DNA from: Promethearchaeota archaeon | GTDB taxonomy: Archaea > Asgardarchaeota > Lokiarchaeia > Sigyniarchaeales > SOKP01 | Length of the DNA: 58,566 bases | Direction: 5' to 3' | NCBI GenBank assembly: GCA_004524535.1 | Contig: SDNY01000005.1 | Location: 1-58,566 of the forward strand | Shown: one piece after another, positions 1-10,564 of the stretch | How the letters are laid out: the number at the start of each line of letters is the position of its first letter | Numbering within the stretch: position 1 is the first letter of the stretch | Position numbers and translations under genes: made by a program | The notes under the pieces: generated by a model | Database searches by the model: none | Told to the model about the DNA's origin: nothing | The model's input: only the letters and a program-made list of their open reading frames with translations

Positions 1-259
<259 letters not shown>

Positions 260-344
260 TAAATTCAAAAACATTTATTTATAGAATTTATTTTCTGGGA
301 AACTCTTATTAAACTTTTCTTTTCTTTTTTCCAAAATATAAGCC

Positions 345-447
345 GGGCCTGTAGATCAGTGGAAGATATGGAATATTTTCTTGGGTCATATCCAAAATCG
401 CTTGACTTGCATTCAAGAGGTCACGGGTTCAATTCCCGTCAGGTCCA
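345..447 (+). tRNA. tRNA-Ala(UGC) with a 31-nt BHB intron (366-396) at position 22/23
   Basis: Acceptor GGGCCTG/CAGGTCC-A; anticodon arm CTTGA-CT TGC AT-TCAAG; BHB TGGA-AG|A...TCCA-AA|A restores D-stem GATC/GATC. Confidence 0.93.
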
Positions 448-564
448 TTTTATGGATACTCAAATAAATTTTAGATTAATTATTTGAACTCAAATTTATT
501 AGTTACTCTTTTTTAAGGAACTGTATTTATTTTAAAGACTACTTTTTCATTCTCCAATTAAAGA

Positions 565-789
565 ATGCCAAATAAACAAAAAATTTTTTTAAATATTTAT
601 TATTATTTCAACAATAGCATGAAAATTTTTAGTTACATTTTATCTATCATTCTTTTCTTATTTCAAGAACCCGAATTAGATACAGAATTCGACCCAATAG
701 AAATTTATCAATTTGTATTAATCTTTCTTGGAATTCTTTTGATAATTATAATATTAGTTTATATTATTTTGTCATCAAGACAAGAATAA
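565..789 (+). CDS. small putative membrane protein
   Basis: Two hydrophobic stretches; true start may be the ATG at 619. Confidence 0.4.
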   Translation: MPNKQKIFLNIYYYFNNSMKIFSYILSIILFLFQEPELDTEFDPIEIYQFVLIFLGILLIIIILVYIILSSRQE

Positions 790-804
790 CTGAAAAAAAG
801 TGTG

Positions 805-2047
805 TTATTTAGCAGATACTATTTTTATGATATCGTTGTGTTTTAATTCATAATTTTCACCTAATCTTTTCTTAGTTCGAGCATCAATACCGAAAATAAA
901 ATGCTTTGCTAAGTCTGAATGAATTTTCTCTCTAACAAAATCTCTTAATAGAGTCCCCTTCTTTACTAAAAAAACATCTGGTAAAACGTTGTTATTATTA
1001 TCTGAATAATCATTAATATCAGAAACGGGATAAACACAAATTAGATTTGAAATCTGAAAAGTTGCATAATTGAGAACTTGTTGTACCCCTGTTCCATTAA
1101 AAACTTTAAGTAAATCTGTTTTTATTTTATTTAGCATATCCAATTCTTTTGAATTTAATTTTTGTGGATTTCTAATTTGAAAATCGATGGATCCAGGGAT
1201 GTAATGTATAACTTTTTCATCATGATATTTTCTTAAAAAATGCTCTGCTAATGCACTGCAAGGTATAATAACGCCTTTATATTTCTTTTTTAACTCATTT
1301 AAATTATTTAAGCTAATTTCTTTATCAATTTTGTTTGCTATAATAAGAATTGGTTTGGAAATTTCTCTTAAATTTTTTGAAAATTTAAAAATTTCATTAT
1401 CTGTCCATTTTGAAGGTAATTTATTCTCCAATTTCGAATTTTTTAAAGTCAAAATAATTTGTTGTTTATTAATTTTCAGACCTGAGAGTCTTTTATGTAG
1501 ATTTTCAACTATTTTAATTTTATCTCGAAAAGATTTTGAAAATTTATTCCAATCTTCTCTTTCGAGTATATCTTTAAACCAGAAATTTATTTCATTTTCT
1601 AAAAATAAGATATCATCATAAGGATCATTTTTACCAGCACTATTTCTCTTTCCTGTCTTATCGAGTGTTCCTGTCGTATCGACAATATGTAAAAGCACAT
1701 CAGCTCTACTTAAATCATTTAGAAATTTGTTCCCTAAGCCTTTTCCCTTATGAGCATCAGGGACTAAACCTGCAACATCTAGTAAATTTATAGGAATAAA
1801 ACGATATCCATTAATACAATTGGAATTTTTTGGATTATCATCAACATTTAATTCCTTACAAACACAATTTTCTTTTGCATACGCAATACCTTTATTTGCT
1901 TCAATTGTAGTGAAAGGCAATTCACTAACTTTAGCGTGAGTTAAGCACGCAGCGTTTAAAAAAGTAGACTTGCCAGAACCTAGCCTTTTGATAAAATAAT
2001 TTACCAAAACTTGGCTTTCCGACAATTCCAAAAATTATATGACTCAT
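805..2047 (-). CDS. ychF: Obg-family ATPase/GTPase YchF (archaeal type, C-terminal TGS-like domain); two exons 2047-2011 and 1979-805; 403 aa after splicing
   Basis: PFTTIEAN, DVAGLVPDAHKGKGLGNKFL, ANKID motifs; N-terminal MSHIIFGIVGKP lies in another frame and is joined by removing a 31-nt intron. Confidence 0.93.
1980..2010 (-). other. BHB-type intron in ychF mRNA (31 nt)
   Basis: 9-bp outer helix TTGTCGGAA/TTCTGGCAA, central helix AGCC/GGCT, 3-nt bulges AA|G and AG|G, 10-bp inner helix TTTTGGTAAA/TTTATCAAAA. Confidence 0.88.
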
Positions 2048-2157
2048 ATGTTTAATAAGTAATTATTAAGTTAAAAATATCTAAAAAATTCTTTTGCGGA
2101 TAATATTCAATTTTTAAATAGAAAATTTAGAATTTATTTCGACTTTTTTATATTCAA

Positions 2158-4014
2158 TCAAGAAATTTTTTTGGTTTTCTCTTGTTTTGAATATAATTCG
2201 TTAATATAATCTCTTAATTCGATAAATTTTTCATTATTTTCTATTTCATTCTCATTTTTTATTTCATAATTGACGAAATTAGATTCATCCTCTTGAAAAT
2301 GATTTTCCAAATTATCTGATTGAATTTCTTTTCTTTTCAGGTGATCTTGCTTTTCTAGCGTAAATTTTTCTTTAAAATTATTAAATTGCTTATTAGAATT
2401 TCTATAAAAGCGATTAATAATCTTACTTAGACTTTTAATAAGCTTTCTTTTCTTCTCTTCCCTTCCTATTTTTTTTTTCCCATACTCTTTAAGGTTTGTT
2501 AATGCTAAATCATTATTTTTATTGATTTCTGAAGTATCTAAATACTCTCTTTCAATTAATGGTACTGATAATAAAAAAGGTTTTTTAATTGAATTTACTC
2601 GAACAATACATTGTCCTTCTTCAAGAATTGATAAATAATCCTGATTTTCTACCTCAAGATTTAATAATTCACACAAAAACTCTTTTTGCATATGAGTTTT
2701 AAAAACAATTAATCCCCCACAATTTGCCAGAATTTCTTTGCTAATATCTGGACGTGTAGCTACGGATACTAAACATTCACCTGTTCCCCTTTGCAATAGT
2801 GCAATATCTTCTAAATAAGTTGTTAATTTGGTTTGTCTGGTTAAATTTTTTGGTGCAAAGTATTGAACATCTTCAATAATAGTGATGTGTTTAATGCCTT
2901 TAAAATTATAAGCCCCGTGCGTTATATTTCTATCCCATAAATATTTTAAAATCATATTTAGAAAAAATAAGGCATCTGCTTTTTCTCCTCCTAATCTGAT
3001 AATAGAACTTAAATCTATTAAAATATTTCTTTCGAATAGATCATGAACTCTTATTTTATTTTCTGTATCGAACAAAGCTTTTAAAGAACCTAGGGAAAAT
3101 CTTCTTATTCTATTTCTAATGCTAATTAACGTTTGACTTAACATTGGAATTTCATTTTGATATATATCTGAATATGCTTTACAAAAACGGTAGAATCCTT
3201 TCCAATTCTGTAATTTTTTATTTTGACAGACTTTCGTTAAGATTTCAACTAGGACTTTCTGCATTTGGGGTGAAAATTGGGAAGATTCACTCTCATCTAA
3301 AAATTTTCCACTTTTTAAGATATCAAAAATCCTTTCCGCATGAACCTCTGGAATTGTCCCTTCTGGGTTAAATATATTTATTGAGAAATTCTCTCCTGGT
3401 CTAATTATTAATAGATTTTTTATTTTCTTTTGAAGAAAATGATACTCTCCTTTGAATTCAACAAGTAAAAAAGGAATATTATAGCGTTCTGTGAAGTTTA
3501 ACAAAAAATTTTGTATAAAATTACTTTTACCTGTGCCTGTGGCCCCACACACAAATATATGTTTCTCAAGATCCTTAATTGATAAAAAAAATGAGTTTTT
3601 TTTTTTTCTACCTTTTAGATATCTACCTAATTTAATCATCCCTTTTTTTGAACCTTGATATGAAGGAATTTCTAAATTTATAATATTTTCATCTGCTACA
3701 AGGAGAGGTAACGAAAAAAGCATTAACGAAATGCTAAAAAATGTGACTGAAAGATTAAATAAGATTATAAGAATGAGATAATCGTTAAAAGAATTTAAAA
3801 TGACATTCGAAGAATTTGTAGTGAAAAAGGACAAGGCTGCAAAAAGAAATATTGTTGAAATTATTAAGATTATAATTATGAATTTCTTAGTTTTAAGTAA
3901 AGAATAACCCTCCCTCTTATAAATATAAAAAATAATATTAATTATAAATGAAATTATACTTAAAATTAAAAAGAGTGTAATACAAAAGTCATAATTAATC
4001 TCCATTATATCCAT
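2158..4014 (-). CDS. membrane-anchored HerA/FtsK/VirB4-like ATPase (DUF87-type)
   Basis: N-terminal TM helices; HIFVCGATGTGKS Walker A; EFKGEY; IIEDVQ Walker B; ATRP. Confidence 0.8.
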   Translation of the reverse strand: MDIMEINYDFCITLFLILSIISFIINIIFYIYKREGYSLLKTKKFIIIILIISTIFLFAALSFFTTNSSNVILNSFNDYLILIILFNLSVTFFSISLMLFSLPLLVADENIINLEIPSYQGSKKGMIKLGRYLKGRKKKNSFFLSIKDLEKHIFVCGATGTGKSNFIQNFLLNFTERYNIPFLLVEFKGEYHFLQKKIKNLLIIRPGENFSINIFNPEGTIPEVHAERIFDILKSGKFLDESESSQFSPQMQKVLVEILTKVCQNKKLQNWKGFYRFCKAYSDIYQNEIPMLSQTLISIRNRIRRFSLGSLKALFDTENKIRVHDLFERNILIDLSSIIRLGGEKADALFFLNMILKYLWDRNITHGAYNFKGIKHITIIEDVQYFAPKNLTRQTKLTTYLEDIALLQRGTGECLVSVATRPDISKEILANCGGLIVFKTHMQKEFLCELLNLEVENQDYLSILEEGQCIVRVNSIKKPFLLSVPLIEREYLDTSEINKNNDLALTNLKEYGKKKIGREEKKRKLIKSLSKIINRFYRNSNKQFNNFKEKFTLEKQDHLKRKEIQSDNLENHFQEDESNFVNYEIKNENEIENNEKFIELRDYINELYSKQEKTKKIS

Positions 4015-4062
4015 TATTTAATTAATAATCTTAAAAAGAAAACTAATTTTGACTGAATAAAG

Positions 4063-5547
4063 ATGGGAAAAGATATATATAGAAACAGATTAGAAGTACC
4101 TCTTAATAAAAAAGTCTTATCCTTTTTATCTTCATTGAAAGAAGATTTATGGATTGCTGAAGAAGACATAATAGGGACAGAGGTTCATAATATTATGTTA
4201 TTTGAACAGGGCATCCTTAATAAAAATGAAATAAAAATGATATTAAATTCACTTGAAAATATTAGAAATAAGTTTCTAAATAAACAACTTGAATTAGATG
4301 AAAATTTTGAGGATATTCATCCATTCATCGAAAATTGCGTTATTGAAGATATAGGAATAGAAATTGGTGGTAAAATTCATACTGGACGATCTAGAAATGA
4401 CCAAGTATCTGTTGATATAAGATTAAAAATAAGAAATGAACTAAATAAGATATCTAAAATGTTATTTGAATTATTTGATGTTTTACTTAATCAATCTAAA
4501 AATTTTATAACTAATTTTATGCCTCTCTATACACATCTTCAAAGAGGTCAATTAGGTGTATTTTCTCACTATATTAATAATTATATCGCTCAAATTTTAA
4601 GGTCATTAGAGCGAATAGAAGAGGTTTATAATAGAAATAATTGCAATCCTCTTGGAGCTTGTGCTATCGGAGGTACAAGTGTAAATATTAATAGGAAGAG
4701 AACTGCAGAATTATTAGGATTTCAAGCTGTAATTGAAAACTCAATAGATGCAATTAGTTCCAAGGATTATATTTTAGAAACTTTAATGTGCTTATCATTA
4801 CTATCAATTCAATTTTCAAGGATCTCAGAAGATTTATTAATATGGTCTTCAAAAGAATTTAATTTTGTTGAGTTAGACGATGGATTTTGCTCGGTTTCGA
4901 GTGTTATGCCCCACAAGAAAAATCCAGATACAGTTGAACTTATTAGAAGTAAGACTTCTAAAATTGTCTCAAATTTATTTACTGCATCTATGATTATTAA
5001 AACAACGCCATCTGGATACTTCAGAGACTTTCAAGAATTAAAAATGTTAATAAAAAATTCATTTAATCCCTTATTTTCGATTATAGATATGTTTATAGGA
5101 ATTTTTTCTACGATTAAAATTAATAGCGACGAAATGTTAAATGCAATTAAAGGGAGTTATATACTAGCGTTAGACCTTGCTGAATTATTAGTCAATAAAA
5201 ATAATATACCTTTCCGGCAGTCTCATAAAATTGTGGCAAAATTGGTAAAGGAATCGAATAATCCACAAGATATTCTCAATAAGAAAAAAATTGAAAGTGC
5301 AATTTTAGAAATAGAAAAAAAAAAAATTATTATACCAGAAGACTTTGTAGAATCATTAAAAGATTTAAATAAATGTTTAGAAATGCGTATAAGTCAAGGT
5401 TCTCCATCAGAAACGGAAGTCAAAAAGTTTATTCAATCCTTAAAAGAAAATAAGAACAAACTATATGAAACCTATTTAATAAGAGTTGAAAATGTTGAAA
5501 AAGCTAAATCTAATAGAGAGAATCTAATTAAGAAATTAATATCATAA
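4063..5547 (+). CDS. argH: argininosuccinate lyase
   Basis: EDIH, HTGRSRNDQV, YTHLQRGQ, SSVMPHKKNPD. Confidence 0.97.
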   Translation: MGKDIYRNRLEVPLNKKVLSFLSSLKEDLWIAEEDIIGTEVHNIMLFEQGILNKNEIKMILNSLENIRNKFLNKQLELDENFEDIHPFIENCVIEDIGIEIGGKIHTGRSRNDQVSVDIRLKIRNELNKISKMLFELFDVLLNQSKNFITNFMPLYTHLQRGQLGVFSHYINNYIAQILRSLERIEEVYNRNNCNPLGACAIGGTSVNINRKRTAELLGFQAVIENSIDAISSKDYILETLMCLSLLSIQFSRISEDLLIWSSKEFNFVELDDGFCSVSSVMPHKKNPDTVELIRSKTSKIVSNLFTASMIIKTTPSGYFRDFQELKMLIKNSFNPLFSIIDMFIGIFSTIKINSDEMLNAIKGSYILALDLAELLVNKNNIPFRQSHKIVAKLVKESNNPQDILNKKKIESAILEIEKKKIIIPEDFVESLKDLNKCLEMRISQGSPSETEVKKFIQSLKENKNKLYETYLIRVENVEKAKSNRENLIKKLIS

Positions 5548-5683
5548 ACAAATAAATTCTATAAAAAAAATAGACTTTCAACTTGACTTAACACATATTA
5601 TTTTTAGTAAAGTTTTTTAATTTTATGACTTAGAGATCTATATAAGTATTTTTTATTTTAAAAATAAATAAAGTGAAAATATT

Positions 5684-7288
5684 ATGGCACAATTATCAGG
5701 AGTCCCTATTTTGGTTTTAAAGGAAGGGACCGAAAGAAAACGAGGAAAAAATGCCCAAAAGAACAATATAGCCGCAGCTAAAGCTGTAACAGAAGCGGTT
5801 AGAACAACACTAGGACCGAAAGGAATGGATAAAATGCTTGTTGACTCTCTAGGGGATGTTACAATAACAAATGATGGTGCTACAATTTTAGATACTATTG
5901 ATGTTGAACATCCAGCAGCAAAGATGATTATTGAAATTGCTAAAACTCAAGACGAAAAAGTTGGAGATGGAACTACGACAAGTGTAATAATTGCAGGTGA
6001 ATTATTAAATCTTGCCGAAGAATTAATGGAACAATCGGTTCATCCAACTATAATTTTTAGAGGATATAGGAAAGCCCTCTTGAAAAGTAAAGAAATTTTA
6101 AAAGAACTCGCAACTAAAATTGATATTAATGATAAAGAAACCCTAATTAAAATTGCGGAAACCTCGATGAATAGTAAATATTTTGCTGGTGCGAAAACTC
6201 ATTTCGCAAATATCGCTGTTAAAGCTGTGACTCAAATTAGGGAAGAACGCGGTGAACATCAAATAATTGATCTTGACCAAATTCAGATAATAAAAAAGGA
6301 AGGAAAAAGCCTTTTAGACACCAGTATTATTGATGGGATTATCGTTGACAAAGAAGTAGTTCATCCAATGATGCCAAAATCAATTAAAAATGCTAAAATC
6401 GCATTAATTAGTTCTTCTCTCGAAGTAGAAAAAACAGAATTCGACGCTGAAATAAAAGTTCAAACACCCGATCAAATAAACAAATTTCTCGAAGAAGAAT
6501 CAAATATGTTGAAAAATCGCGTCTCAAAATTAAATGAAATTGGTGCTAATATCGTTTTTTGCCAAAAAGGAGTTGATGATAAGGCACAAAACTTCTTAGC
6601 AAAAGATGGTATTATGACAGTCCGAAGAGTAAAGCGTTCTGATATGGAAAAATTAGCAAGAGCAACTAACGCAAAAATTATTAACAATATTTTTGATATT
6701 ACTGCCAATGATCTTGGTAATGCTGGAAAAGTAGAAGAAAAGAAAATTGGAGAGGATAATATGATTTTTGTTTCGGATTGCGCCGACCCTAAAGCAGTCA
6801 GCATATTGATTAGAGCTGGAATTGAACACGTTGTCGATGAGGCGGAAAGAATGATAAATGACGCATTATGCGTTATAAAAGCAGCTGTAGAAGTACCATA
6901 TATTTTGCCAGGTGGTGGTGCTTCTGAAATAGAACTTGCAAAACGCTTAAAAACTTATGCTAGATCAATTGGTGGTAGACAACAATTAGCAATAGAAATC
7001 TATGCAAATGCCTTAGAAATTATCCCTAAAACCCTTGTAGAGAATGCTGGATACAACCCTGTGGATTTAACTGTTGAATTAAGATCAAAACACGAAGCTG
7101 AGGAAGGGTCCTCTTATGGGATAAACATTGATACGGGAAAACCAGATAATATGATACAATTGGGCGTAATTGAACCATTGCTAATTTTATCTCAAGCAAT
7201 ACAATCAGCAACCGAAGTTGCGTCAATGATCTTAAAGATTGATGATGTAATTGCTGCTTCTGGCCTCTCAAAGGGTGGCGAAGATTAA
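5684..7288 (+). CDS. ths: thermosome (group II chaperonin) subunit
   Basis: [33 protein letters not shown]. Confidence 0.98.
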   Translation: MAQLSGVPILVLKEGTERKRGKNAQKNNIAAAKAVTEAVRTTLGPKGMDKMLVDSLGDVTITNDGATILDTIDVEHPAAKMIIEIAKTQDEKVGDGTTTSVIIAGELLNLAEELMEQSVHPTIIFRGYRKALLKSKEILKELATKIDINDKETLIKIAETSMNSKYFAGAKTHFANIAVKAVTQIREERGEHQIIDLDQIQIIKKEGKSLLDTSIIDGIIVDKEVVHPMMPKSIKNAKIALISSSLEVEKTEFDAEIKVQTPDQINKFLEEESNMLKNRVSKLNEIGANIVFCQKGVDDKAQNFLAKDGIMTVRRVKRSDMEKLARATNAKIINNIFDITANDLGNAGKVEEKKIGEDNMIFVSDCADPKAVSILIRAGIEHVVDEAERMINDALCVIKAAVEVPYILPGGGASEIELAKRLKTYARSIGGRQQLAIEIYANALEIIPKTLVENAGYNPVDLTVELRSKHEAEEGSSYGINIDTGKPDNMIQLGVIEPLLILSQAIQSATEVASMILKIDDVIAASGLSKGGED

Positions 7289-7317
7289 ATTTTTTTTGAT
7301 TTTTAATTATCTTTTTT

Positions 7318-7782
7318 TTAATAATTTATTTTGAAGAATTCATTTCCCCAAGAGAATTTTGAAAGTATTAATTTAGCATAATCATCGAATTTTGTTATAT
7401 ATAGCGTAGCTGCTATAGCCTCAGCGGAAGTTAATTTTTCCCATTTCCCATAATTAACAGGATTGGCAGCCATTAAAGGTGGTAATCTACGTGCGTATTC
7501 ATTGTTAAGGTTTTTAATATTTAAGAGTGTCTTCCAAGAGCAATCTATTACAATAAGACCATATTTCAATATTCTTTTTCTATCATTTATTGATACCTCT
7601 TTTTTAGAAAACGGATTTAATGTTAAAGCTTTGTTTAAAGAACCTTTTACCTTATTTATTATCTTCAACAAATCATGTCTTTTCAATTTCAACGCTGTAC
7701 ACTTCTTTTTAGAGCAACCTCCATCTTCATAACGCAAACAATATAATTTAAGGTTAAATTCAATAGCTTTTGAGTCGTTCAT
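7318..7782 (-). CDS. tsr3: SSU rRNA aminocarboxypropyltransferase Tsr3
   Basis: KKCTALKL, IDCSW, RRLPPLMAANPVNYG, LTSAEA, FSWG. Confidence 0.95.
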   Translation of the reverse strand: MNDSKAIEFNLKLYCLRYEDGGCSKKKCTALKLKRHDLLKIINKVKGSLNKALTLNPFSKKEVSINDRKRILKYGLIVIDCSWKTLLNIKNLNNEYARRLPPLMAANPVNYGKWEKLTSAEAIAATLYITKFDDYAKLILSKFSWGNEFFKINY

Positions 7783-7857
7783 TTTAAATCATTAATCAAA
7801 AAATTGTTAAAGATCTTTAATATGAATAAAGAGTTTAAGCTGAAATGAACTTTATAT

Positions 7858-8856
7858 TTAATCGTATTTCGAACTAGTAAGAACATTAACAGCTTTAATA
7901 AAGTTTTCTGTTATTTGCTCAGGACCAATAATTTCCAATATCGAATTAATAATATTTCTAGATTCTCCCATTACTGGAATTCCTCCATATGTCAACTTAA
8001 ACAACCCTATAAATGAAACTTCTTCAATATTTGATGTTCCCTTTACGCTTGAGAATTTTAGCTTTCCAGAGGGACATGTTATTAGACCGTAAAAATTATC
8101 AGGATCTTGTCCAGAAATTGCAATATAACATAATAGCTCTCCAATAGAACTCCCCTCTGATTCTTCTTTCATTTTTTGAAAGGCAACATTAGCGCTGGCT
8201 GAAAAAGCTTCGATAGATACAGGTAAATCTTGTCCGGTAACCTCTCGTGCGTCGATTGTTAATCCAGAGGGAACAACTAAACTGTATCTTATAAAAATTG
8301 GATTTTGAATAGAATCTAAAACTATGCTTATAAACGGTAATAAGTTCGTTTCATCAAAATTTTCAGGTGTATAAGATACAAATGGAACTTCAGTTCCCAT
8401 ACCAAAAAGATAAATAGCACTTCGAATTTTATTAGAAAAATCTTCAAGTTCTGCTTTCGAGGCTTCACTACCTCCAAAAAATTCCCCTAATTTCTGTTTT
8501 AAATAATACATCGAACTCGCTAAATTATCTGCATCTAAAGGCCACTCTTTATGATAATCATGAACTATTGTTAAAAGTGTATCATTAATTCTTATTGTAA
8601 TTAAGCACACTTTATCAAAATATGAAAAAGAAATTACTTGATCTTTGATATTGAGATCATCCCAATTTTCTGCACTAGCATAAAAAGCTGCTGCCGCAAG
8701 GCTAGTAATTTCATTGGGATTTATTTCTATTTTACTCTTTCGTCCTATTTTTGCTATAGAAAGACCATTTTGATCACAAAGTATTATTAAGACGGTTCCT
8801 GAAGAAGCCCGCAAAATGGAAGTTAAATGTTTTATTAAAGATTCTCTTACGCTCAT
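7858..8856 (-). CDS. tandem roadblock/LC7-like domain protein
   Basis: Two roadblock-like units (LCDQNGLSIA...ITSLAAAAF and LVVPSGLTID...AFSASANVAF). Confidence 0.65.
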   Translation of the reverse strand: MSVRESLIKHLTSILRASSGTVLIILCDQNGLSIAKIGRKSKIEINPNEITSLAAAAFYASAENWDDLNIKDQVISFSYFDKVCLITIRINDTLLTIVHDYHKEWPLDADNLASSMYYLKQKLGEFFGGSEASKAELEDFSNKIRSAIYLFGMGTEVPFVSYTPENFDETNLLPFISIVLDSIQNPIFIRYSLVVPSGLTIDAREVTGQDLPVSIEAFSASANVAFQKMKEESEGSSIGELLCYIAISGQDPDNFYGLITCPSGKLKFSSVKGTSNIEEVSFIGLFKLTYGGIPVMGESRNIINSILEIIGPEQITENFIKAVNVLTSSKYD

Positions 8857-9071
8857 TAAAAAGACCAAACTGATTTTTCTTTAGTTTATAAGATGTTTCA
8901 ATTACTGTTACATGTATATAATTCTATGATATTTTTATTTTTATTCTCTATTTTACTATATGTTTTCTATAAAATTATTCACATATAAATTTGAATAATT
9001 AAATAAAAAAATTATTAATTTTTGAGCATTTTATGTTATTTGTTAAGATATCAATTATTTCCTAAAAATAA

Positions 9072-9221
9072 GCGGGAATTGCCAAGTCTGGTTAAAGATC
9101 TTTGACCAAAATTAAAGTCAAGACCGAATAAAGGTGCGTTATTGATTAAAGGCGCATTGAAAGCGCTGGACTTAGAATCCAGTCTCGTAGGAGTTCGGGA
9201 GTTCAAATCTCCCTTCCCGCA
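9072..9221 (+). tRNA. tRNA-Leu(UAG) with a 65-nt D-arm insertion, probably two introns (9096-9131, 9134-9162)
   Basis: GCGGGAA/TTCCCGC-A; CTGGA-CT TAG AA-TCCAG; long variable arm; two hairpins with BHB-like ends. Confidence 0.88.
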
Positions 9222-9342
9222 CTTTTTTCATTTTTATTTTTTATTATTAAAAGAAAAATTTTAATGTTTAGTTTGATTACAAAGTTCACATTATATGATA
9301 GTTTAAGACTTCCATAAACTATTTATTTTAGAATTTAAACAT

Positions 9343-9449
9343 GCTTCTGTAGTGTAGTTCGGCCAATCTTTCTTTATTTCTAAGGAAAGGGCTTGGCATG
9401 CTAGGCTTTCACCCTGGTGACCCGGGTTCGAATCCCGGCAGAAGCACCA
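9343..9449 (+). tRNA. tRNA-Glu(UUC) with a 29-nt intron (9367-9395) at 21/22; CCA encoded
   Basis: GCTTCTG/CAGAAGC-ACCA; CTAGG-CT TTC AC-CCTGG; BHB GGCC-AA|T...GGCT-TG|G. Confidence 0.93.
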
Positions 9450-9466
9450 TAACATTGGAAAACCGC

Positions 9467-9624
9467 GCCTCTGTAGCTCAGTTAGGTAGAGCGCCGACCT
9501 AAAAGTGTGCCTAAAGCACCCGGCTTTCGTATCTGGTTATCCAGTACGACCGGAAGTTAACCGGGCGGTCGCATGTTCGATCCATTTTGTGTTCGATTTC
9601 CGGAACAAGGAAAAGCCAGAGGCG
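9467..9624 (+). tRNA. tRNA-Asn(GUU) with three introns (9490-9514 at 22/23, 9526-9555 at 33/34, 9586-9614 at 63/64)
   Basis: GCCTCTG/CAGAGGC-G; spliced product gives CCCGG-CT GTT AA-CCGGG and GCATG-TTCGATC-CATGC. Confidence 0.88.
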
Positions 9625-9747
9625 CTTTTCTTTTATTTTTCCTTAAATTAAAAATACAATGAGATTATTTAAATAAAAAAAGAAATAAATTCCAAATTGA
9701 AGAAAATGAGATTTTTATAAAATATTAAAGAAAGATTGGTTGTTGAT

Positions 9748-10281
9748 TTATTTTTCCCCGTCTAGAGAAGCATAATAAATAAGCCATTTTGCCATTGCTT
9801 GAAATGATTCATTTATGTTGATATCCTCTTTTGAAGAACAAAAGACGCATTGGTTACATTTTGCTTTTTCAGCATAATCATTTGCCATATCTAAATCAGT
9901 TTCATGATTAGGCAAATCCCATTTCATTCCCATAAGGATAATTGGGATAAAACCTGCTTTTTTGCGGATTATCTTCAACCATTCAGGAATTTGACGAAAT
10001 GTATCATAATCACTAATGTCAAAACAAATAAATGCACCACTGGCTCCTTTACAATAATCAGGTAATAACTCACGAAATCTACGTTCTCCAGCAAAGTCCC
10101 AGAGTTGCATTTTAATAGATTCTCCCGTATCAAGAGTTTCAGATTTAGTGTGAAAAGCTGCGCCAATTGTCATTTTATATCCTTCTTCAAATTTTCCCGT
10201 ACAATAACGATTTACCATCGCAGTTTTACCTACACCACCAGCACCAGCAACGACTACTTTAAAAATCCAGGAGCTTGCCAT
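9748..10281 (-). CDS. Rab/Ras-like small GTPase (eukaryotic signature protein)
   Basis: GAGGVGKT, TIG, WDFAGE, GMKWD, CSSK; no C-terminal prenylation motif. Confidence 0.93.
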   Translation of the reverse strand: MASSWIFKVVVAGAGGVGKTAMVNRYCTGKFEEGYKMTIGAAFHTKSETLDTGESIKMQLWDFAGERRFRELLPDYCKGASGAFICFDISDYDTFRQIPEWLKIIRKKAGFIPIILMGMKWDLPNHETDLDMANDYAEKAKCNQCVFCSSKEDININESFQAMAKWLIYYASLDGEK

Positions 10282-10564
10282 AAAAGTCATCTTTTAATTT
10301 ATAAATAAACTAAATTCTTAAATATAAAATATTAAATTTTTTTTTTATAATAATTCATTGTTGAAAGTTTTTAAATAATCTATTAAAGCATTTTTTAATT
10401 AAAAAATCTATTAATTTAAAATTCATTTTTCTCTCAATTAATAAAAATTGCACTCAGAGTGAAAGGTTTTTATAAGATTTTATTATATTATTTTTTATTA
10501 TTGAATTTTAAAATTAAGTACTAAAATTTAAAAATTATTAAAAGAAAGGTTGTGAAAAGAGACA

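Noticed and set aside
2011-2031. Listed TTG start giving YchF the N-terminus MELSESQVLVNYFIKRLG
   Set aside because: It lacks the first Gly of the P-loop and the preceding beta-strand, which are encoded in another frame; the splicing model explains this exactly
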